A DNA stretch of 64,000 bases from Marsupella aquatica (lineage: Eukaryota; Plantae; Marchantiophyta). The stretch lies in assembly GCA_973895155.1 (NCBI GenBank), contig OZ316893.1, positions 15,344,645-15,408,644 on the forward strand, in the 5' to 3' direction. Positions 1-13,486 of this stretch are shown here, one piece after another (the stretch's first letter is position 1; each line of letters begins with the position of its first letter). The translations under genes and the position numbers were made by a program. The notes below the pieces were generated by a model. That model had not been told where the DNA came from. It searched no databases and saw only the letters and a list, made by a program, of their open reading frames with translations.

Positions 1-892
1 TGCACATACATTGTCTGTTTGAGTGGGTACTGTAGATTTCGTAATTTGGGGACTACATTGCGTATGGATTGTTGGGTTGTTCGTCCGGACTGATCGACAC
101 AGTGGATAGGAAGAGGCCGCGATGAATGGCTCACACTGTACCAATGTATTACCATTCTGGCCGATCGAGAATTTTTTCTAGAACTTGTCAAACTTGAGAT
201 TGTGAGAGAATTCGAAGTAGTTGTCGGTGGGTTAGTCAATTGCTTGGGAACGAAGGAACTCAACAAGAAATATTTTCGACAAAAAAGAAAGCCATCAGCT
301 CAGATGTAGGGGATATGGATCGGGACGTTAATGTAGACCCAGTCAGCCCATAGTTATTCTATGATAGATTCGACTTCCCAGAACTACCGTCCTTTGAGAT
401 TTTAATGACTCATACACATCCTGTCAGCCTCGGATTGGCCTTGATGACCAAGGAAAGAGATGACTGTCGACAGAAGCATATGAAGTAACCGACCTTCCTG
501 AGAGATAAAACATCGATCGATGGTGAGATTTTGCAAAAGGAGCGAGGCTCGAAAACTTGCGACACACATGTGAAAACTTTGTGCTCTCTTGTGAACGTGG
601 CGCCCGTGCGGAATATTTCTTTCTTACTCGATGGATTGAGTTAGAGGTGGTCACAGCACGAATAAAGCCTGGAGTGCCAGAAATCTTGTGTTCAGTTTTG
701 ACCGTAACGAATTCCGCAGAAAGAATGGTCCCTAGGCACGCACAAGGGCAGTTTTCAGGCCGCTACGGTAGCTGCATTCATTGACAAAGTTTGCGTCCGA
801 AATTTTTCAACAATCCCGGGCAATTTGTACAAATTTTGGTCGATCCCGTGTGAAATGTGTGGAATTTGAGCTGACGACGACTACATGTACAG

Positions 893-3800
893 GTGGACTT
901 ATCAGGAGGCTACCACGACGCTGGTGACAATGTAAAGTTCGGGCTTCCAATGGCATTCTCGATTACAACAATGGCTTGGAGCATTTTGGAGCACGGACGG
1001 TACATAGAGAAAGCGGACGAGCTGCGGCACGCGGAAGATGCCGTTCGCTGGGGGACTGACTACCTTCTGAAGACGTATCCACGTCCCGATGTACTCTGGG
1101 CTCAGGTACATCCATTCATCAACCAACCAACCAACCAACCAACCATCTCCTAACAAAGTTCCATCATATGATCAGACATTGTCGTCCACCGCGAGCTAGC
1201 TCACACTTTTGGCTGGCCGCTCCTAACGAACGCGCTTTACAGCGTCATGCTCGCTGCACTGCGCACGGCTGTGAAAATCATTCGAAGGCTAGGGCGCGTT
1301 TAGTCGTCTAAAGTACCCAGTAGACGTTCATTCATTGAAGCTGCCCGTCAACATTGCCAAATCTTTGTGACGACGTCGTCCTGCCGTCGTGTGTGTGGAC
1401 CAGCAACACCCCCACTGATCGATGATGTTCTACCGGCCTGTGCGAGCGAAGTATCCCTGTAACCCACTGGAATCCGTCGGGGCCCTCCGTCTGGGTGATC
1501 GGTTGCCTTTGCGCAAAGATTCCCAGAGAGTCTTTGTATAATTATTATAATGTAGTTGGCAGATCGTGGTCTGTAGCTCGTACTGGCGGCTTTTCCAACC
1601 CGCTCGCTCTTGCAGCTCCAAAGGTGCACCGGATCCTTCGATCACACGCTTGGTGTGCTCGCATTCCTGGTTGTGTCAGTTCCTCGCCGTGTGCTGTTTC
1701 CGTGCACATGAAGGGTCTTTGCATTGGTTCTTTGAATGTTTCCGCACTTCCCAGTGTGACGGTGTGACTAGAGATGTGAGCGAGCATTGGGCTAGCTTTC
1801 GTGTTGGGCATGGGTAGCGTACATCATGCTACTGTTGATCTTCCTCGCCTTGTGTGGGGTCCATAGCCCTCATACGTCTAGCTTGGTAGCCCTGTGGAGA
1901 ATCACCTGAGGAAAAGCTTTTTGTCTGTTCCAGAGTGGTCTGTCATCAATCACTTGAATTGAATAAGGAAATTGAAGTTGTCAAAATCTTGGAATGATCA
2001 GTCTGTGGCACATGGACCACTCGAGGCTCGTATAATACGTCCACTCGAGGCTCGTACAAATTTTTAATGAACATTCCCTTTTTAAGAATTCAATGCTGTT
2101 CCTTTCCTTCGCCTACTTACACTTTGACAGTAAATAGATTGTTGGAGCTACGATCGAGTCGATAGACAATTGACAAGATTCGGGCAACAACTGCTTGATT
2201 GCTGCTTTATGGATAGATAATCGAAAGGAGTTGACAGCATTCTAATCATTCACACGAATTATTGTATATTGGTGACAGACGTTCTTTAAGTTGGTAGTTG
2301 TAGTCGATCAGTTATTTAGTAAATCTCATTGATAACGTAGTTCTAATTTTTTTAATCTTTCATGTGAATGAATCGATCATAATGAGGTAGTCTTTACCAG
2401 ACAGGCGATCTTCAGCTCTAGGGTCGTTCTGTAAGATACACACTCTCTCTGGTAGATGTACAGTGGATCTGAGAGAATTCAGGTTATACAGAGTCAAGAA
2501 CCCCTTTGGATTATTTAGTGTCATTGCGGCACTGAACTGGAAAGTGCTAAATTTCCTAAGAACAAATTGAGTCTGCTAGTCTGAAAGTAACAAGGACCTG
2601 GGAACCAATTTTGGAGATGTTGTTTTCAGTAGTATCCACCAGCAGATGAAATGACTTGGGTTTATTTGGCTGATAACATACACTGCACACGTGATTTAAT
2701 TCCACCCTCTTGGAGAAATAAGCATGAATTCAATCAGGTTCGAAATGATTAACATGTGCAGATACTGATTTCGATGACAGGATGCTTAGAAATCCTGCTG
2801 GAAGTGTCAAGAAAAACTATGCTCCAGTGAACATAAGAATATGATGGAAAAGAGAATGAAGCAAACGAGATGAAACCCATAGTTTTCCAAATTCAACCTA
2901 GAATTAATGAGATAAATATGCAGAAGAGTTCGTTGCGCGTTCACGAGCATTTTGCCAGAAATTAAATGGAAAACGAACACAATCATGGTGAAGAGATAGG
3001 CCTACATGTATTCCAACATGCAGCATTCCTTACTGTGCCCGACAGAATTGTGCAGGTGGGAGACGCAAATGCTGACCACAGATGTTGGGTGAGGCCAGAG
3101 GACAACCGCATACCTCGAACTGCATACAAAGTGGACAAGCACAACCCGGGGTCTGATCTCGCTGGAGAAACAGCTGCTGCTCTAGCAGCTTCGTCTATTG
3201 TATTCCAACCGACAGACCCCGAGTATGCGAATCGACTCCTAGAAGCGGCAAAGGAAGTAAGCCTTTGGTTCTTTTACGCCATTACTTCCCACAGAAATAG
3301 ACGTTATTTATTCTTTTAGCGAAAGACGATTACTTTTTGTGTTGAAAGATGAATTATTACTGTGCTCGAGACAGGAAGGTGTGTTATCCATACTTTCAAA
3401 TTTTGTAGGAGAGTAACTTGCCGTCGATTTGATCGTCACTGCAGATATTCAGATTTGCGGACACTTACAGGGGCAAGTACAGTGATTCTGTAAAGGGAGC
3501 ATGTCCCTTCTACTGCTCTTATTCGGGCTATAAGGTAGAATTCTGGCACGCTTTAATTCAGCCGAGGAATTACTGGGCTTTTGGGAAGACATAGAGCAAT
3601 TCTACTCTAGGATTGAATGCTCATTCTTGACAGTTCGGAAAGTTACTAATGCTCTGTCAAAGCATGTCCAACGTTTCACTGCTTGTGTCCTCTAGTGACG
3701 ATTTCCATTTTTCATTGCTGTTCTACAAGCTCATCATTCAAGATGGTTGCACAATGGGACTTTTAGGTGCAGGCTGTTATTTAGAGAGCTACGTAGGCAA

Positions 3801-5797
3801 CTTTCTTTCTTATAGAGTCACTTTCCTGATTTTGCCTTGCAAGGAAACCGGATACTGCCATCGCTTGGACATCACTAACCGAGCAGAACTGATTTTGCAG
3901 GATGAGTTGCTATGGGGAGCAACATGGCTATATAAAGCTACCCTCGATGGAAAGTACTTGCGTTACATTCAACAAAATAGCGACCTTGGAGGGGCGTCAA
4001 TCTTCAGACCAGTGATGGATTGGGATAATAAGTACGCAGGTGTACAGGTGCTGCTTGCTCAGGTACACTAAGATTTACTCTCGCTTGCTTCTCTTAACCA
4101 TGCTCCTCCATTCAGTAGAACACACTGTTATGTCCTCTTTTAAAATGTGCTACAAAGTATTACTGAAAAGCGAAGAAGTCGAAGCCAGACAGTAAGCGGA
4201 TTTTGGAGAAAGAAAAGCTCTTATCCCCACAAGCTCTGAAATTTGACTTTTCGCCAAGTTTATATCTCTGATCTCATGTCAATACCTTCCGAGCATGTTT
4301 TCAACTTTTCTTTCCATCATCCATAATAGAGAATCCGTTTCGGAAATTTTCCTTAATTGAATTCGATTATCGGCTTATCTGCCAAAGCCTGCGACATATG
4401 TAGCAAAAGCAAAATATTTTAATTTTCTTCCAGAATACCATAAACCATACCAAAATTTCTCTATATTGTTCTCTGCCCTCTTTGGATGAACGTACTTTAG
4501 ATACAACAAACCTCAACATGAGCTTCAGTTCAACTATATGTTACATTTCTCTTGAGAGTGTTCAGCTCGCTCGTCTACTTCTCCAGGACTGAGAAATCTC
4601 AAATCTTAATTAGTAAATATCACAGAGGGTATAGCTCGAAGCAGGCGATGACGTCTCAATGCCCCACCAAACTGCACCGCCTAAATAATAGATTGAAATG
4701 TGTTGGTCCAGATCTATTTGTCAAACCCATGGAACACGCACTTCAAGCAATACAAAGATCGAGCGGATGACCTCATGTGCGCTACTTTACCAGGCCTTCC
4801 GTCAAGTCAATTGAAACTGACACAAGGTACGTGAAGGACTTGCAAGAAACTCAAAGCACTCATTTCATGAAGTCTACAAAGGAAATTTGATAGTCTAAAA
4901 GTTGACTGCAAGCTAAGACGTCAATTCACGATGTGAAATCGGCACCGATTCCAACATTTGTTGGAGATGTGTGTATTGATTCTGACATAGATGCCTTGGT
5001 GAGGTACAGGTGGACTCATCCACAGGAGGCCTGGGAGTAACTTGCAATATGCAACCTCCACTGCGTTTCTTCTCACAGTGTATTCGAACTATCTAAGAAG
5101 AAGCTCGAGGCATCTACTATGCAATAATATAGCCGTTTCTCCACGAAGATTGACAGAGTTTGCTCAGCAACAGGTATGCCATGTTAAACCATCGCACCTC
5201 AACTTTACTGTCTGTTTCTTAATCACCTTTCATTCAAGTCGTCTTAGTCCAATGCAGTTAATGGAACTGATGCTCTCGGTGCCAGTCGCTCCTCTTAAGA
5301 TGAAAACAAAACTCTGTCACCGCCGCTTTCACCTCTAGTCACTTTCAGAGACAATTTGACCAAGGAGAAAATCGCTCACTGAAAGATACTGTGGTGGTTT
5401 GATTGCGCAGGTGGACTACATCCTCGGAGTCAATCCCAACAATATGTCCTACATGGTAGGATTTGGTTCCAATTATCCCAAGCAGGTCCATCATCGAGCA
5501 GCATCTGTTCTATCGGTGACTGAACATCCGAACAATATGACCTGCAAAGAAGGATGGACGTACTTTAGCACCAGCAGAGACAATCCGAATGTTATCGTGG
5601 GAGCTGTGGTGGGTGGACCTGACAAGTTTGACAAATATGAGGACTTGCGTTGGAATTTTGAACAAAGTGAGCCTGCAATATACATCAATGCTCCTCTCAC
5701 CGGGGCTTTGGCGTACTTTTATGGGGAGAATTCCTTGCTCTGCGACTTGTTAAGTCTAGAAAACATGGGAGGCAACACCAACCATGAAACGACCTGA
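893..5797 (+). CDS. Glycoside hydrolase family 9 endo-1,4-beta-glucanase (GH9B-type), spliced; first coding exon lies upstream of the window
   Basis: Exons with GT-AG borders and continuous frame: 893-1105 ([17 protein letters not shown]), 3056-3256 ([26 protein letters not shown]), 3445-3534 ([10 protein letters not shown]), 3901-4062 ([17 protein letters not shown]), 4712-4826, 5010-5173, 5411-5797 ([39 protein letters not shown], stop). GH9 catalytic DAGD and C-terminal Glu motifs present. Confidence 0.95.
1120..1144. repeat. (CAAC)n microsatellite in GH9 intron
   Basis: caaccaaccaaccaaccaaccaacc just after the 1105 donor site. Confidence 0.85.
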
Positions 5798-6639
5798 TTG
5801 AAATCCTACACATACACACATACACACATACACATCCTCTTGACCGTGTACAATATGATCTCCTCCTTCCAGAGCCCATTTCTCATTGGACACCCAGTCA
5901 CCCGATTGTACACTATTGAGTATAAGTCTTCTCTCTGGTGTAGTAAATCCTTGTGCAGATTCTTATTAACCTTTCACCCCGAAATAAGGCTGGACGGAGT
6001 TGTCGAACGAGTTGGTAAATTGCCACACACGCACGTTCTGGCGTCCATAATTTGTAAACAGAATGCCTCCAACAAATCATGGAGAGCATATAGCAGGGTC
6101 TCCTCATCTCGGATCCCAACTTTTTCCTATTGCAATACTGAGTCACGCGAATGCCACTCACAACGTTGGGTTACTAAGTGGGTGCCCTACATCTTAAGAC
6201 ATCGCATCTCTACCTCATCGGCGGGCATCTTTATATTAATCTGGTGCATATACAATTGTGATGACATGCCCCTTTGAATCGGAAGCTCAAAAGCTCTGAA
6301 TGTAATCTGCATTCCTGCTTCAATGATCTTGACTCGAAATATGATTCGGCGCATGAGACATGTTACTCAGCAACTTCTCAACATTTTTCTACGTTCAGGA
6401 GAGAATACTGGATTTGCAATGCATATTGCGACTGTGCAGGTTGGACTTGGTGGCATAATTGTGTGTAGATAAAATCCTGCATAATAAGTGGTACCCATCC
6501 AAATCTCCCGGAAAAAGGGGTGATGAAGGACCAATTTAGAACAGGAGGGAGGGAGGCGTCAGGAGATTAGATAGTATAGAATGATGTTTTTAGTGCACAG
6601 ATTCAATGATGATGAAATCTACGAGTCGCTTGGTGCGCA

Positions 6640-7420
6640 GATTCAATTCTGTGGTACACGCAACAATGAAACTCCGATCATGCAGCACCAGACTGCCTTA
6701 CATTTACAGAGTATACACTACTTGCGCACTCATCAAGTTGGACATGTCTTGATAAGCTTATGAATCCTTGAACCCAGTTGGCTGGTGCTACATCCACCAA
6801 CTTTGCGGACATTTTGTTCTCTATGTTCCCAATTACGTCTTAGTTCCCAATTGCAGTACTCAGTGAAGTGGAAGGAAAACCTCTTCCACACCATCCAATA
6901 ACCCTTTCTCTCGATCAGAAATGACATTGTTTCAATTCTGTGGTACACTCAACAATGACACTTTTGACATTGCTATTGAGATGGACAGAGCAACTTTGCA
7001 CTTTTTTGTTTTCTGTCTTCCCAACTGCGTCTTTCCAATTGCAGTACTCAGTGAAGACGAAGGATGGACACAAACTTTTGACGTTGCTATTAAGATGGAC
7101 AGACAATCTTAGCACTATGTTGTGTTGTGTCTTCCCAATTGCATCTTCCCAATTGCAGTAGTGTAAGGATGGACACAAACTTTTGATGTTGCTATTGAGA
7201 TGCATAGAGCAACCTTCACTGTTTTGTTTGCTGCCTTCCCAATTGTCATGATACTCCTGGAATCTTACAGTGTCATGATATGGAAGTGCAAAAGGTTATA
7301 CACACGCAACCAAGGCAGATTGCAGTACTCAGTGAAGTGGACCAATTGTCATGTACTCCTGGAATCTTACAGTGTCATGATATGGAAGTGTAAGAGGTTA
7401 GATACACATAACCATGGCAA
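6640..7420. repeat. Degenerate mosaic tandem repeat (~100-115 bp modules)
   Basis: Recurrent blocks: ccaattgcagtactcagtgaag (~6847, ~7036, variants at 7149 and 7319), aaggatggacacaaacttttga (x2), ttcaattctgtggtacac (6642, 6931), tactcctggaatcttacagtgtcatgatatggaagtg (x2). Confidence 0.75.
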
Positions 7421-7738
7421 CTGAGGGGGATCGGTACCCAACAAGAACAGAGAAATTCACCTAAAACCTTCTACTATTGGTCAAAAACCTGTTTACATGT
7501 CATCTTTGGAAGAACTAGAAGTGTAACCTAGGTTATGCAAGTAAATATAAATGTTTCAATTGTGTCTATTAGGGGTTCATGTGTCCATATGGGCATCATG
7601 TCAATCCTTTGTGTCCATCTGAGCTTCCACTTCCTGAGTGGGATGTACAATGTCATGTGTAGGCTAACCCATCCCCAAGAGGGGGTAATGGGATATAAGA
7701 CCAGAGGGCAATGAGCCCAATGGGGTTACCCAAGTAGG

Positions 7739-8082
7739 TGTTGAGCATAGACGACATTCGTAACAGCAAGCCCATGAACCATCCAACGCACAATAGTCGA
7801 CACAGAAAGATACGTGGTTCACCTCCACATGAGGCTACGTCCACGGGAACACACAAGAGCTTTACTGCACTCTAGGCCGACCGGCCATACCAAGCATCCA
7901 CAGCACAAGCTCTCCCTATCTCTCAACTAGCTCCGTAACAATGAGCCTAAGTTCCACCAGGGTCTGGCATCAGCCTTGGCTATATGCACAACAGCACTAC
8001 CGCTAACATTAGCTAAGTCCTAACCTGAGTTAGACTAACTATGGTTAGCTCATGAGTCACAAGACTAGAGCAATATCTAACA
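7739..8082 (-). repeat. 3' LTR of Copia-1
   Basis: tgttgagcatag...atatctaaca; 9 mismatches to the 5' LTR over 344 bp. Confidence 0.97.
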
Positions 8083-8093
8083 AACTCCCCCTT
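8083..8093 (-). other. Polypurine tract of Copia-1
   Basis: aactccccctt = AAGGGGGAGTT on the minus strand, abutting the 3' LTR. Confidence 0.9.
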
Positions 8094-8289
8094 GACTCTT
8101 GTCTTGGGGACTAGACTAAATGCTACCATATGGAATCCTCAGCGGGAAGTTCTAGACAATCACCAAACCAGGTCTCCCCCTAAAAACCACAAGGGTTAAC
8201 TAAGGGTTAACTAGAACTAAACCGTAGCCTAACAGGAATGAGTAATCCATATACAAATAGTCACACATTGCTAAATAACTCTACTTGCA

Positions 8290-11200
8290 CTACAATTGCA
8301 AAACCTGCAAAGTAGCAAGGTGTCTTGAGAAACTCTCGAAAGGAATCACTTTGGTAAAGGCATCAGCGGGATTGAGCTTTCCATCAATCTTGACTAGCTC
8401 AAAAGTTTTATCAAACACTACTTGCCTGATAAAATGGTACCTGATATCAATGTGCTTCACCTTGCTATCCATCACCTGGTTAGCAGCCAAGTGAAGAGCA
8501 CTCTGACTATCACAGTTTAGAGTCATTTTGCCATGCTCTAAACCCATCTCCGCGATCAACTTATCCAACCAAATTGCTTCCTTTGCTACTTCTGCTGCTA
8601 CAATATACTTTGCTTTTGTAGTAGACTAAGATATGCACTTCTGCAAGGTAGATTTCTAACTGATACATCCTCCTCCAAGAGTGTATACAAACCCAGTTGT
8701 AGACCTCCTTGTATCCAGACAGCCTCCATAGTCAGAATCTACATAGTCAACTAAAGTTCTATCTGATCTATTATCAAATAGTAATCCATAGTCCTGTGTT
8801 CCCTTTAGATACCTGAGAATCCACTTCACAGCTTCCCAATGTACCTTCCCTGGATTTGACATGAATCTGCTAACTTTGCCCATCGCTAGGGCCAAGTCAG
8901 GCCTAGTACAAGTCATCAAATACATTAGACTACCTACTGCCTTCTCATAAGGAATCTTAGCCATCAGATCTTTCTCCACAGCATTCGTAGGAGAGAAAGC
9001 CGATGATAACTTGAAATGTGAAGCTAAAGGAATACTCACTGGCTTACAGTTCTTCATGTTGAATCGTGCAAGTACCTTCCTCGCATACTGGCCTTGACTC
9101 AAGCACAATTGTCCAGTATCAGAGTTCCTAAAAATCTCCATCCCTAAGATCCTCTTGGCCTTACTAAGATCCTTCATCCTGAATTCAGCACTCAATTTCA
9201 CCTTGAGACTGTCAACCTCAGATCTCAGAGGTCTCACTATATGGATGTATCCCCATCCCCTGCGACGTTTTTAGGCCTCAGACCCCCTAAAATGTAAGAA
9301 ATTTTTTTAATTTTTCAACCCCTATAAAGTTGGAATATTCTTGGAATATTCCAAAATTTTGGTTAAAAAGACCCTAATGTTCTTATAAGTCTCAAAATTA
9401 AATTTAAAGGACCCTATTATTCTTCTACAAAAATTCTTAAGTCTTCCCTTCAAACCAATAAATCGACCCTATACTTCGTCGCACGTGATGTGCCATTTTT
9501 GTGAAAGTGAAACCCCCGAGCCTCAGATTGATCTTTAGCCACAATCAGCATGTCATCCACATAGATCACCAGAATGATGAAACCAAATACATCATTCTTG
9601 ACTGATTTCGTATACACACAAGGATCATACACCATCCTTGTAAAACCTTGAGCAATCATGAAATCATCAAACCGCTTGTTCCACTGTTTGGGAGATTGCT
9701 TCAATCCATACAAGGACTTGAGCAATCTACAAACTAAGTTCTCTTGGCCCTTCTTCATAAAGCCTAGTGGCTATCTCATGAAGATCAACTCTTCCAAGTT
9801 GCCATAGAGAAAAGCAGTAACAACATCCATTTGATCCATCACCAGACTAAAAAACACAACAAGCTGACACAAGATCCAAATTGTGGAATACTTAGCCACT
9901 GGTGAAAAGACCTCATTGTAATCCACTCCTTTCTCTTGAGTGAACCCCTTGGCAACAAGCTGTGTTTTGTAGATCTTATCTCCACCCTCTGAAGGATTGT
10001 CCTTCAACTTGTAAATCCACTTGTTGTCCACCACTTGCTGACCTCTTGGAAGCTCCACCAGCTCTCATGTCTTGTTGTCACTCAAAGATTGCAACTCCCT
10101 CTGCATTGTTGCATTCCACTCATGCTTTTGCTCTGAAGCACAAGCCTCACTGTACGAAGAAGGCTCTCCTTCTTCCAAGATCAAAGTCATGTCATCATCA
10201 TCAGGTGCAATGTCAATATCATCTAGCTTAGATGAGTCTGCCCATTGACCATACCTGGTAGGAGCTCTAGTAGAACGACTGGAAGTTCTTCTAGTAGATG
10301 ACTCAGACTGATCTGCTGCTGCTGCTGGTTGAATTTGAGGTACCCCAACAACAATCTGCTCCTCTTGTTCCATCATAAGAACCAGCTCCAAGCCCGGAGC
10401 TTCTCCATCTCTCCTGTCATGAATAACATTATGACTAATCTCCCCCTCAACCCGGTCCGGGATGGGAGATTTCCCCTTGTCAGTATGGGAGCCCTGAGAA
10501 CTCTCCCCCTCCTTTGATGATCTGGATTCATTAAAGGACACATCTCTACTGACAATTAGTTTACAGGTTACTGGATCCCATAACCTATAACCCTTCACAT
10601 CTTTCTGATAGCCAAGGAAAATGCACTTCTTCGACTTGGACTCCAGCTTGGATCGAAGCTGGGAAGGTGTAAGCACATAAGCATCACATCCAAAAATCCT
10701 CAGATGTAAGTAATCTGCTGGACGCCCATACCTCATTTCAAATGGCGTCTTGAATCCAATAGAACTGGATGGAGAAAAATTTACCAAATAAGCTGTAGTG
10801 TTGACAGCTTCAGCCAAAAACTCATGTGGTAAGCATGATTGACTCAACATACTCCTCGAGCGGTCCAATAATGTTCGGTTGAGTCTCTCAAAAAAACCAT
10901 TCTGCTAAGGAGTATAGCTTGTTGTGAGATGGCGGGTAATCCCCTGCTCCTTACAATATGTTCCAAATTCCCCGGAACTGTATTCACCGTCGTTATCCGA
11001 TCAAAGATATCTCACCTTATTATCAGTCTGATTCTCAACTTGGGCTTCCCACTTCTTAAAAGTGGCAAAAACATCAGACTTATTGTGTAGAAAGTATATC
11101 CACACATACCTTGAGTAATCGTCAACGAACGTGACATAGTATAACCGTCCAGAATATGAGGGAGTAAGGGCTGGACCCCACACATCACTATGTACATACT

Positions 11201-12874
11201 CAAGTACCTCCTTGCTGGTGTGAGTTCCAACTTCGAAGGGTTTCCTATGCTGCTTCCCTAGCACACAGTGCAGTGCTCACAAAATTCCAACTTACAAGAT
11301 AGCAAATTAAAAAGTAATCCTTTCTTCTAAAGAATAACCAAACCTTTTTCACTCATGTGGCCCAAACGGAAGTGCCACAGCCTGGCTGTCTCCTCATGAG
11401 ATAAGGTTACATTGGCTTCATCACATACTACTCTACCCTCCAAAACGTATAGATTACAATGTCTCTTTCCCTTCAATACAACTTTAGTACTAGTTGAAAC
11501 CTGAAGGACACCGTTAGCAGAGCTTCACTGATGGCAATTTGCTTCTAAAACTCCAAGTGAAATGAGATTTTTCATCATGCTGAGAATATGCCTCACATTC
11601 CTCAGCGTTCTCACAGCACCATCAAACATCTGAAATCTTATAGATCCAAGTCCAACAACTTGACATGGGATTCCATTTCCCATCAACACTGACCCGTTGG
11701 AAACCGTGTAAGAACTGAAAAAATCTCTCCTAGAGTAAATGTGAAAAGTACATGCACTATCTAGAATCCAGTCATCACTACCTGGATTTGACACTACGTT
11801 GAGAGCATAACCTTGACATCATAATATGTCATCATCATCGAGTAAATCTACCTCATGCGAGCTCGATGCCGCGTTAGTAGAGGCAGTAGGGACCTTTACT
11901 CAACAATCCCTTTTCATGTGGCCAGGCTTGCCACAATTCCAACATGCAAGAGGCTTTCTCTATTGCGATTTCCCTCTGGATTTAGATCTCCCTCATGATG
12001 TAGATCTAAACCTGTTCTGCCCATTCGTGCGCTGCGTTGCTCTTCCCCTGTTCACATTGAGCGCAGTGCCAGAAGAAGATGCTGTCTGTGATTGACCCAA
12101 CTTCTTCTGAGCATCATCAGACAGTAAAGAGCTCACCACCTCATTATACAAAATGGACTTCAGATCTCTATACAAGAGCACCTGTTTCAAGCCCTGATAT
12201 GACGGCGGTAAGGAGCTTAGCAGAAGCAAGGCCTTATCCTCATCTTCAACTCCTTTTCCCAGGTTTGACAGATCCACCGCTAGACTGTCAAACTCATCCA
12301 GGTGATCTTGCATCTTGCTCTCTTCCTTGAGCCTGAGGCTCATCAAGAGAGACTTCTTGTACAACCGGTCTGATGCATCTTCTCAGTAGTACTTCTCTCT
12401 AAGAGCCTTGAACAGTGACGCGCAATCCGCATAATCATCCAGTTGCTTGATGATGTGCGGCTTGAGATATAGCATCACTGCATTGAGAGCAATCACCTGC
12501 TCCTGTCTCCACTGTCTCACAGAAATCTCCTCCTCTCCATCATATTGCTCTTGCGAAGAGAGCAGATGAGCTAAGCCCATGGCCCAAAGGACACCCTTCA
12601 CTTGCTTCTCCCAGAGCAAGTAATCAGTACGACCATCGTACTTCTCCACCTCAAACTTTACTCCTCCAAATCTTGCCATCTCCCTCTTCTTTCCTACTAC
12701 CGATAGCTCTGGTAGTAACACAGTTTCCTCCATTGCACGCCGCATCGGTGATCGTACCGGTGATACTTGTTCCTCCTCAAACGGTAGCAGCTCCTTCTCA
12801 GACTCACCGTCTGATCGTCGCGATCCTGAAGCTCCACCGACGCCAATTCTTCCAATATCCTCCGAGTCACTCAT
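8290..12874 (-). pseudogene. Copia gag-pol polyprotein, broken by stops, frameshifts and a MITE
   Basis: gag (KFEVEKYDG, LLLSSLPPSY), CX2CX4HX4C knuckle (~11900-11945), protease WILDSAC, integrase HSDVWGP/FVDDYSR/SKKCIFLGY, RT QMDVVTAFL/LYGLKQ/YVDD, RNase H CDSQSA/KHIDIRYHF/NPADAFTK. Confidence 0.95.
9224..9520. mobile_element. 297-bp non-autonomous TIR element (MITE, hAT-like by its 8-bp TSD) nested in Copia RT
   Basis: 8-bp direct repeat CCTCAGAT at 9216-9223 and 9521-9528; imperfect 15-bp TIRs (ctcagaggtctcact vs reverse complement ctcgggggtttcact, 12/15); AT-rich interior; removal restores ...YVDDMLIVAKDQSEVDSLK... Confidence 0.88.
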
Positions 12875-13472
12875 ATGAAACAATCACAAAAAAATGTTTT
12901 TTTTTGAAACTTCTCATAAAACTCAAAACTCAACACCGCCGGAGGTGTACTATCCAAAGCTTTCTAAAAGCAAAGGTGCTCTGCTGACATTGCAACCCAC
13001 GCGTCCCCGTGTTTGAAGGAGAACAACAAGCATGTACTGTAGGACCGCATAGCCCACGAAGCTAGGAGTCCAATACTGAAAGCCGAAATCAAAAACAAAA
13101 TTCGACAAAAAAGTTATTCAAATTTTGGTAGGGGTGGGTAAAACCTTGGGAAACTCCCCCGTTTTGACCACCACGAAGAATAATCAAAATAACCAGTACA
13201 ACCCGTCGCCGGAATCGCGATGTGATCGGTGTGCCGCGTTGCTAACTCCAGTGGCAACGTCCTCACCGAAAAAGAACCAAAAAAGTTACCGTTCGGCAGA
13301 CGGAATCTTTGTTGGACGGCTGAAAAACAGCTCTCTGTTTTTTGGGAATATTCCCGCACAGTCCGACAGGTCTCACAGGGGGTCGTTCCCCCTGTCGGAG
13401 CGGTTAAAATGGAGGGCGGCAGGTCCCGACACAAAGGGAAAACAAGAGGAAGCGGAAAAAAAGCTATTAAAA

Positions 13473-13484
13473 GCTCTGATACCA
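13473..13484 (-). other. Primer binding site (tRNAiMet) of Copia-1
   Basis: gctctgatacca = TGGTATCAGAGC on the minus strand, 2 nt from the 5' LTR. Confidence 0.95.
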
Positions 13485-13486
13485 CT

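Noticed and set aside
1366-1900. GC-richer block in the long GH9 intron starting TGTGACG, possible solo LTR
   Set aside because: Could not find a CA end with a matching TSD
6840-7420. Recurring ~22-bp repeat with variable intervening sequence, superficially CRISPR-like
   Set aside because: Intervening segments are homologous to each other, spacing is irregular, there are no cas genes, and the context is eukaryotic
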